Source of the DNA: Eledone cirrhosa
Lineage: Eukaryota
Assembly (NCBI GenBank): GCA_964016885.1
Contig: CAXHJY010001669.1
Coordinates: 1 to 64,000 of the forward strand
Reading direction: 5' to 3'
DNA length: 64,000 nt
Below the pieces are notes generated by a model. That model worked only from the letters and a program-made list of their open reading frames with translations. It did no database searches and was not told where the DNA came from. Made by a program: the position numbers and the translations under genes. Positions 53,028-64,000 of the stretch are shown here, in pieces (position 1 is the stretch's first letter; each line of letters opens with the position of its first letter).

Positions 53028-56000
53028 CTCCACAGCCAGAGTTACCAACACCACCACTACTACTACTACTACCTCCACAGCCAGAGTTACCAACACCACC
53101 ACTACTACTACTACTACTAGCCCCGCAGCCAGAGTTACCAACACCACCACTACTACTACTACTACCTCCACAGCCAGAGTTACCAACACCACCACCACCA
53201 CTACTACTACCTCCACAGCCAGAGTTACCAACACCACCACTACTACTACTACTACCTCCACAGCCAGAGTTACCAACACCACCACTACTACTACTACTAC
53301 TACTACCTCCACAGCCAGAGTTACCACCACCACCACTACTACTACCTCCACAGCCAGGGTTACCAATACCACCACCACCACCACTACTACTACCTCCACA
53401 GCCAGAGTTACCAACACCACCACTACTACTACTACTACCTCCACAGCCAGAGTTACCAACACCACCACTACTACTACTACTACTACTACCTCCACAGCCA
53501 GAGTTACCACCACCACCACTACTACTACCTCCACAGCCAGAGTTACCAACACCACCACCACTACTACTACCTCCACAGCCAGAGTTACCAACACCACCAC
53601 TACTACTACCCCCACAGCCAGAGTTACCAACACCACCACTACTACTACTACTACCCCCACAGCCAGAGTTACCACCACCACCACTACTACTACCTCCACA
53701 GCCAGAGTTACCAACACCACCACTACTACTACTACTACCTCCACAGCCAGAGTTACCACCACCACCACTACTACTACTACTACCTCCACAGCCAGAGTTA
53801 CCAACACCACCACTACTACTACTACTACCCCCACAGCCAGAGTTACCACCACCACCACTACTACTACCTCCACAGCCAGAGTTACCAACACCACCACTAC
53901 TACTACTACTACCTCCACAGCCAGAGTTACCAACACCATCACCTCTACTACTACCTCCACAGCCAGAGTTACCAACACCACCACTACTACTACTACTACC
54001 TCCACAGCCAGAGTTACCACCACCACCACTACTACTACTACTACCTCCACAGCCAGAGTTACCAACACCACCACTACTACTACTACTACCCCCACAGCCA
54101 GAGTTACCACCACCACCACTACTACTACCTCCACAGCCAGAGTTACCAACACCACCACTACTACTACTACTACCTCCACAGCCAGAGTTACCAACACCAC
54201 CACCACTACTACTACCTCCACAGCTAGAGTTACCAACACCACCACCACTACTACTACTACTACCTCCACAGCCAGAGTTACCAACACCACCACCACCACT
54301 ACTACTACCTCCACAGCCAGAGTTACCAACACCACCACCACTACTACTACTACCTCCACAGACAGAGTTACCAACACCACCACCACTACCCCCACAGCCA
54401 GAGTTACCAACACCACCACTACTACTACTACCCCCACAGCCAGAGTTACCAACACCACCACCACTACTACTACCCCCACAGCCAGAGTTACCAACACCAC
54501 CACCACCACCACTACCCCCACAGCCAGAGTTACCACCACCACTACTACTACTACTACCTCCACAGCCAGAGTTACCAACACCACCACCACTACCTCCACA
54601 GCCAGAGTTACCAACACCACCACCACTACTACTACTCCCACAGCCAGAGTTACCAACACCACCACCACTACTACTACCCCCACAGCCAGAGTTACCAACA
54701 CCACCACCACTACTACTACCTCCACAGCCAGAGTTACCAACACCACCACCACTACTACTACTACCTCCACAGCCAGAGTTACCAACACCACCACCACCAC
54801 TACTACTACTACTACCTCCACAGCCAGAGTTACCACCACCACCACCACCACTACTACTACTACCTCCACAGCCAGAGTTACCAACACCACCACCACTACT
54901 ACTACCTCCACAGCCAGAGTTACCAACACCACCACCACCACTACTACTACTACCTCCACAGCCAGAGTTACCAACACCACCACCACTACTACTACCTCCA
55001 CAGCCAGAGTTACCAACACCACCACCACCACTACTACTACTACCTCCACAGCCAGAGTTACCAACACCACCACCACTACTACTACTACCTCCACAGCCAG
55101 AGTTACCAACACCACCACCACTACTACTACTACCCCCACAGCCAGAGTTACCAACACCACCACCACTACTACTACTACCTCCACAGCCAGAGTTACCAAC
55201 ACCACCACCACTACTACTACTACCCCCACAGCCAGAGTTACCAACACCGCCACCACTACTACTACTACCTCCACAGCCAGAGTTACCAACACCACCACTA
55301 CTACTACTACTACCTCCACAGCCAGAGTTACCAACACCACCACTACTACTACTACCCCCACAGCCAGAGTTACCAACACCACCACTACTACTACTACTAC
55401 TACCTCCACAGCCAGAGTTACCAACACCACCACCACTACTACTACTACCCCCACAGCCAGAGTTACCAACACCACCACCACTACTGCTACTACTACCTCC
55501 ACAGCCAGAGTTACCAACACCACCACCACTACTACTACTACCCCCACAGCCAGAGTTACCAACACCACCACTACTACTACTACTACCACTACCTCCACAG
55601 CCAGAGTTACCAACACCACCACCACTACTACTACCCCCACAGCCAGAGTTACCAACACCACCACTACTACTACTACTACTACTACCTCCACAGCCAGAGT
55701 TACCAACACCACCACCACTACTACTACTACCCCCACAGCCAGAGTTACCAACACCACCACTACTACTACTACTACTACTACCTCCACAGCCAGAGTTACC
55801 AACACCACCACCACTACTACTACTACCCCCACAGCCAGAGTTACCAACACCACCACCACCACTACTACTACTACCCCCACAGCCAGAGTTACCAACACCA
55901 CCACCACTACTACTACCTCCACAGCCAGAGTTACCAACACCACCACCACCACTACTACTACTACCTCCACAGCCAGAGTTACCAACACCACCAGCACTAC

Positions 56001-59000
56001 TACTACCTCCAAAGCCAGAGTTACCAACACCACCACTACTACTACTACCTCCACAGCCAGAGTTACCAACACCACCACTACTACTACTACTACTACCTCC
56101 ACAGCCAGAGTTACCAACACCTCCACCACCACTACTACTACTACCTCCACAGCCAGAGTTACCAACACCACCACCACTACTACTACCTCCACAGCCAGAG
56201 TTACCAACACCAACACCACTACTACTACTACCTCCACAGCCAGAGTTACCAACACCACCACTACTACTACTACCCCCACAGCCAGAGTTACCAACACCAC
56301 CACTACTACTACTACTACCACTACCTCCACAGCCAGAGTTACCAACACCACCACTACTACTACTACTACCTCCACAGCCAGAGTTACCAACACCACCACC
56401 ACTACTACTACTACCCCCACAGCCAGAGTTACCAACACCACCACCACTACTACTACCCCACAGCCAGAGTTACCAACACCACCACTACTACTACTACCTC
56501 CACAGCCAGAGTTACCAACACCACCCCCACTACTACTACTACTACCTCCACAGCCAGAGTTACCAATACCACCACTACTACTACTACTACCTCCACAGCC
56601 AGAGTTACCAACACCACCACCACCACTACTACTACTACCTCCACAGCCAGAGTTACCAACACCACCACCACTACTACTACTACCTCCACAGCCAGAGTTA
56701 CCAACACCACCACCACCACTACTACTATTACCTCCACAGCCAGAGTTACCAACACCACAACCACTACTACTACCCCCACAGCCAGAGTTACCAACACCAC
56801 CACCACCACCACCACTACTACTACCTCCACAGCCAGAGTTACCAACACCACCACCACTACTACTACCTCCACAGCCAGAGTTACAACACCACCACCACTA
56901 CTACTACTACTACCCCCACAGCCAGAGTTACCAACACCACCACCACCACCACTACTACTACCCCCACAGCCAGAGTTACCAACACCACCACTACTACTAC
57001 CCCCACAGCCAGAGTTACCAACACCACCACCACCACTACTACTACCCCCACAGCCAGAGTTACCAACACCACCACCAATACTACTACTACTACCTCCACA
57101 GCCAGAGTTACCAACACCACCACCACCACCACTACTACTACCCCCACAGCCAGAGTTACCAACACCACCACTACTACTACTACTACCCCCACAGCCAGAG
57201 TTACCACCACCACCACTACTACTACCTCCACAGCCAGAGTTACCAACACCACCACCACTACTACTACTACTACCTCCACAGCCAGAGTTACCAACACCAC
57301 CACCACTACTGCTACTACTACCTCCACAGCCAGAGTTACCAACACCACCACTACTACTACTACTACTACCCCCACAGCCAGAGTTACCAACACCACCACT
57401 ACTACTACTACTACCCCCACAGCCAGAGTTACCACCACCACCACTACTACTACCTCCACAGCCAGAGTTACCAACACCACCACTACTACTACTACTACTA
57501 CCTCCACAGCCAGAGTTACCAACACCACCACTACTACTACTACTACCTCCACAGCCAGAGTTACCAACACCACCACCACTATTACTACTACCCCCACAGC
57601 CAGAGTTACCAACACCACCACTACTACTACTACCTCCACAGCCAGAGTTACCAACACCACCACCACCACTACTACTACTACCCCCACAGCCAGAGTTACC
57701 AACACCACCACCACTACTACTACTACCCCCACAGCCAGAGTTACAAACACCACCACCACTACTACTACTACTACTACCTCCACAGCCAGAGTTACCAACA
57801 CCACCACCACTACCTCCACAGCCAGAGTTACCAACACCACCACCACTACTACTACCCCCACAGCCAGAGTTACCAACACCACCACCACTACTACTACCCC
57901 CACAGCCAGAGTTACCAACACCACCACCTCTACTACTACCTGCACAGCCAGAGTTACCAACACCACCACCACTACTACTACTCCCTCCACAGCCAGAGTT
58001 ACCAAAACCACCACCACCACTACTACTACTACTACTACCTCCACAGCCAGAGTTACCACCACCACCACCACCACCACTACTACTACTACCTCCACAGCCA
58101 GAGTTACCAACACCACCACCACTACTACTACCTCCACAGCCAGAGTTACCAACACCACCACCACCACTACTACTACTACCTCCACAGCCAGAGTTACCAA
58201 CACCACCACCACTACTACTACCTCCACAGCCAGAGTTACCAACACCACCACCACCACTACTACTACTACCTCCACAGCCAGAGTTACCAACACCACCACT
58301 ACTACTACCCCCACGGCCAGAGTTACCAACACCACCACCACTACTACTACTACCCCCACAGCCAGAGTTACCAACACCGCCACCACTACTACTACTACCT
58401 CCACAGCCAGAGTTACCAACACCACCACTACTACTACTACTACCTCCACAGCCAGAGTTACCAACACCACCACTACTACTACTACCCCCACAGCCAGAGT
58501 TACCAACACCACCACCACTACTACTACTACCCCCACAGCCAGAGTTACCAACACCACCACCACTACTACTACTACCTCCACAGCCAGAGTTACCAACACC
58601 ACCACCACTACTACTACTACTACCTCCACAGCCAGAGTTACCAACACCACCACCACTACTACTACCTCCACAGCCAGAGTTACCAACACCACCACCACTA
58701 CTACTACTACTACCTCCACAGCCAGAGTTACCAACACCACCACCACTACTACTACCTCCACAGCCAGAGTTACCAACACCACCACCACTACTACTACTAC
58801 TACCTCCACAGCCAGAGTTACCAACACCACCACCACTACTACTACCTCCACAGCCAGAGTTACCAACACCACCACTACTACTACTACTACCTCCACAGCC
58901 AGAGTTACCAACACCACCACCACTACTACTACTACTACCTCCACAGCCAGAGTTACCACCACCACCACTACTACTACCTCCACAGCCAGAGTTACCAACA

Positions 59001-62000
59001 CCACCACCACCACTACTACTACCTCCACAGCCAGAGTTACCAACACCACCACCACTACTACTACCTCCACAGCCAGAGTTACCAACACCACCACCACTAC
59101 TTCTACTACTACCTCCCAAGCCAGAGTTACCAACACCACCACCACTACTACTACTACCTCCACAGCCAGAGTTACCAACACCACCACCACCACTACTACT
59201 ACTACTACCTCCACAGCCAGAGTTACCACCACCACCACCACCACTACTACTACTACCTCCACAGCCAGAGTTACCAACACCACCACCACTACTACTACCT
59301 CCACAGCCAGAGTTACCAACACCACCACCACCACTACTACTACTACCTCCACAGCCAGAGCTACCAACACCACCACCACTACTACTACTACCTCCACAGC
59401 CAGAGTTACCAACACCATCACCACCACTACTACTACTACTACCTCCACAGCCAGAGTTACCACCACCACCACCACCACTACTACTACTACCTCCACAGCC
59501 AGAGTTACCAACACCACCACCACTACTACTACTACCACCACAGCCAGAGTTACCAACACCACCACCACCACCACCACTAATATCCCCACAGCCAGAGTTA
59601 CCAACACCACCACTACTACTACTACTACCCCCACAGCCAAAGTTACCAACACCACCACCACCACTACTACTACTACCTCCACAGCCAGAGTTACGAACAC
59701 CACCACCACTACTACTACCTCCACAGCCAGAGTTACCAACACCAACACCACTAATACTACTACCTCCACAGCCAGAGTTACCAACACCACCACTACTACT
59801 ACTACTACTACCTCCACAGCCAGAGTTACCAACACCACCACTACTACTACTACTACCTCCACAGCCAGAGTTACCAACACCACCACCACTACTACTACTA
59901 CCCCCACAGCCAGAGTTACCAACACCACCACCACTACTACTACCCCACAGCCAGAGTTACCAACACCACCACTACTACTACTACCTCCACAGCCAGAGTT
60001 ACCAACACCACCCCCACTACTATTACTACTACCTCCACAGCCAGAGTTACCAACACCACCACTACTACTACTACTACTACCTCCACAGCCAGAGTTACCA
60101 ACACCACCACCACCACTACTACTACTACCTCCACAGCCAGAGTTACCAACACCACCACCACTACTACTACTACCTCCACAGCCAGAGTTACCAACACCAC
60201 CACCACCACTACTACTACTACCTCCACAGCCAGAGTTACCAACACCACAACCACTACTACTACCCCCACAGCCAGAGTTACCAACACCACCACCACCACC
60301 ACCACTACTACTACCTCCACAGCCAGAGTTACCAACACCACCACCACTACTACTACCTCCACAGCCAGAGTTACAACACCACCACCACTACTACTACTAC
60401 TACCCCCACAGCCAGAGTTACCAACACCACCACCACCACCACTACTACTACACCCACAGCCAGAGTTACCAACACCACCACTACTACTACCCCCACAGCC
60501 AGAGTTACCAACACCACCACCACCACTACTACTACCCCCACAGCCAGAGTTACCAACACCACCACCAATACTACTACTACTACCTCCACAGCCAGAGTTA
60601 CCAACACCACCACCACTACTACTACTACCACCACAGCCAGAGTTACCAACACCACCACCACCACCACCACTAATATCCCCACAGCCAGAGTTACCAACAC
60701 CACCACTACTACTACTACTACCCCCACAGCCAAAGTTACCAACACCACCACCACCACTACTACTACTACCTCCACAGCCAGAGTTACCAACACCACCACC
60801 ACTACTACTACCTCCACAGCCAGAGTTACCAACACCAACACCACTAATACTACTACCTCCACAGCCAGAGTTACCAACACCACCACTACTACTACTACTA
60901 CTACCTCCACAGCCAGAGTTACCAACACCACCACTACTACTACTACTACCTCCACAGCCAGAGTTACCAACACCACCACCACTACTACTACTACCCCCAC
61001 AGCCAGAGTTACCAACACCACCACCACTACTACTACCCCACAGCCAGAGTTACCAACACCACCACTACTACTACTACCTCCACAGCCAGAGTTACCAACA
61101 CCACCCCCACTACTATTACTACTACCTCCACAGCCAGAGTTACCAACACCACCACTACTACTACTACTACTACCTCCACAGCCAGAGTTACCAACACCAC
61201 CACCACCACTACTACTACTACCTCCACAGCCAGAGTTACCAACACCACCACCACTACTACTACTACCTCCACAGCCAGAGTTACCAACACCACCACCACC
61301 ACTACTACTACTACCTCCACAGCCAGAGTTACCAACACCACAACCACTACTACTACCCCCACAGCCAGAGTTACCAACACCACCACCACCACCACCACTA
61401 CTACTACCTCCACAGCCAGAGTTACCAACACCACCACCACTACTACTACCTCCACAGCCAGAGTTACAACACCACCACCACTACTACTACTACTACCCCC
61501 ACAGCCAGAGTTACCAACACCACCACCACCACCACTACTACTACACCCACAGCCAGAGTTACCTACACCACCACTACTACTACCCCCACAGCCAGAGTTA
61601 CCAACACCACCACCACCACTACTACTACCCCCACAGCCAGAGTTACCAACACCACCACCAATACTACTACTACTACCTCCACAGCCAGAGTTACCAACAC
61701 CACCACCACCACCACTACTACTACCCCCACAGCCAGAGTTACCAACACCACCACTACTACTACTACTACCCCCACAGCCAGAGTTACCACCACCACCACT
61801 ACTACTACCTCCACAGCCAGAGTTACCAACACCACCACCACTACTACTACTACTACCTCCACAGCCAGAGTTACCAACACCACCACCACTACTGCTACTA
61901 CTACCTCCACAGCCAGAGTTACCAACACCACCACTACTACTACTACTACTACCCCCACAGCCAGAGTTACCAACACCACCACTACTACTACTACTACCCC

Positions 62001-64000
62001 CACAGCCAGAGTTACCACCACCACCACTACTACTACCTCCACAGCCAGAGTTACCAACACCACCACTACTACTACTACTACTACCTCCACAGCCAGAGTT
62101 ACCAACACCACCACTACTACTACTACTACCTCCACAGCCAGAGTTACCAACACCACCACCACTACTACTACTACCCCCACAGCCAGAGTTACCAACACCA
62201 CCACTACTACTACTACCTCCACAGCCAGAGTTACCAACACCACCACCACCACTACTACTACTACCCCCACAGCCAGAGTTACCAACACCACCACCACTAC
62301 TACTACTACTACCCCCACAGCCAGAGTTACAAACACCACCACCACTACTACTACTACTACTACCTCCACAGCCAGAGTTACCAACACCACCACCACTACC
62401 TCCACAGCCAGAGTTACCAACACCACCACCACTACTACTACCCCCACAGCCAGAGTTACCAACACCACCACCACTACTACTACCCCCACAGCCAGAGTTA
62501 CCAACACCACCACCTCTACTACTACCTGCACAGCCAGAGTTACCAACACCACCACCACTACTACTACTACCTCCACAGCCAGAGTTACCAAAACCACCAC
62601 CACCACTACTACTACTACTACCTCCACAGCCAGAGTTACCACCACCACCACCACCACTACTACTACTACCTCCACAGCCAGAGTTACCAACACCACCACC
62701 ACTACTACTACCTCCACAGCCAGAGTTACCAACACCACCACCACCACTACTACTACTACCTCCACAGCCAGAGTTACCAACACCACCACCACTACTACTA
62801 CCTCCACAGCCAGAGTTACCAACACCACCACCACCACTACTACTACTACCTCCACAGCCAGAGTTACCAACACCACCACCACTACTACTACTACCTCCAC
62901 AGCCAGAGTTACCAACACCACCACTACTACTACTAGTACCCCCACAGCCAGAGTTACCAACACCACCACTACTACTACCCCCACAGCCAGAGTTACCAAC
63001 ACCACCACCACCACCACTACTACTACCTCCACAGCCAGAGTTACCAACACCACCACTACTACTACTACCCCCACAGCCAGAGTTACCAACACCACCACTA
63101 CTACTACTACTACTACCTCCACAGCCAGAGTTACCAACACCACCACCACTACTACTACTACCCCCACAGCCAGAGTTACCAACACCACCACCACTACTAC
63201 TACTACCTCCACAGCCAGAGTTACCAACACCACCACCACTACTACTACTACTACCTCCACAACCAGAGTTACCAACACCACCACCACTACTACTACCTCC
63301 ACAGCCAGAGTTACCAACACCACCACCACTACTACTACTACTACCTCCACAGCCAGAGTTACCAACACCACCACCACTACTACTACCTCCACAGCCAGAG
63401 TTACCAACACCACCACTACTACTACTACTACCTCCACAGCCAGAGTTACCAACACCACCACCACTACTACTACTACTACCTCCACAGCTAGAGTTACCAC
63501 CACCACCACTACTACTACCTCCACAGCCAGAGTTACCAACACCACCACCACCACTACTACTACCTCCACAGCCAGAGTTACCAACACCACCACCACTACT
63601 ACTACCTCCACAGCCAGAGTTACCAACACCACCACCACTACTGCTACTACTACCTCCACAGCCAGAGTTACCAACACCACCACCACTACTACTACTACCT
63701 CCACAGCCAGAGTTACCAACACCACCACCACCACTACTACTACTACTACCTCCACAGCCAGAGTTACCACCACCACCACCACCACTACTACTACTACCTC
63801 CACAGCCAGAGTTACCAACACCACCACCACTACTACTACCTCCACAGCCAGAGTTACCAACACCACCACCACCACTACTACTACTACCTCCACAGCCAGA
63901 GCTACCTACACCACCACCACTACTACTACTACCTCCACAGCCAGAGTTACCAACACCACCACCACCACTACTACTACTACTACCTCCACAGCCAGAGTTA
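51470..64000. repeat. Higher-order duplication, >12.4-kb copy of ~15560-27969 (offset 35,908-36,031 bp)
   Basis: Markers AGAGATACC 17031/52939, CCAGGGCC ~16333/~52241 and GAGCTACCTAC ~27868/~63899. ORF-track pairs 20464/56453, 23909/59940 and 27862/63893 agree. Confidence 0.93.

Larger units (their letters stand above)
12068..64000. repeat. Giant compound minisatellite; unit [T/C]CCACAGCCAGAGTTACCAAC(ACC)n(ACT)mACC, ~36-72 bp (mostly 42-48); roughly 1,100-1,200 units estimated from length; continues past the window end
   Basis: Direct reading. A constant ~21-nt core is followed by a polar ACC-then-ACT trinucleotide run of variable length. No unique sequence interrupts it. Confidence 0.99.

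Noticed and set aside
11978-63893. Minus-strand poly-Val and Gly/Ser ORFs, and the 7,493-aa and 3,007-aa plus-strand ORFs as genes
   Set aside because: They are antisense or alternative-frame readings of the minisatellite. Starts are GTG/TTG or incidental, and boundaries coincide with repeat variants.
12068-64000. CRISPR-like appearance (constant core plus variable spacer)
   Set aside because: The spacers are only (ACC)n(ACT)m length variants rather than unique sequences, the core is not palindromic, there are no cas genes, and the context is eukaryotic.
12068-64000. Telomeric repeat array
   Set aside because: There are no TTAGGG/CCCTAA repeats, and the unit is a 36-72-bp compound monomer.

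Overview
Eukaryotic, almost entirely repetitive DNA. The short interspersed element (SINE) family present looks like the abundant octopus/coleoid tRNA-derived SINE, which is recognised from memory rather than by search. No conventional protein-coding gene can be supported. Layout: (1) ~190-8012 is a 7.8-kb (TA)n/(TACA)n microsatellite containing a small inverted block. (2) ~8013-11860 is a 3.8-kb island with two oppositely oriented short RTE-type retroposons (5'UTR plus 3' end; one keeps a C2H2 zinc-finger remnant; both are flanked by TATG repeats), four SINE copies (two head-to-head with target-site duplications, one nested in an RTE copy), a (TACG)n/(TACA)n tract and a CT-rich tract. (3) ~12068 to beyond 64000 is a >52-kb compound minisatellite, unit [T/C]CCACAGCCAGAGTTACCAAC(ACC)n(ACT)mACC. 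Its length varies in whole triplets, five of six frames are open in the consensus (the main + frame is mucin-like [S/P]TARVTN(T)n), and it is built from nested block duplications at offsets of ~1.1, 2.6, 4.1, 4.5, 7.3 and 36 kb. The long ORFs in the track arise from these repeats. Whether the T-rich frame is ever expressed cannot be decided from sequence; recurrent frameshifts and stops argue against one intact CDS.
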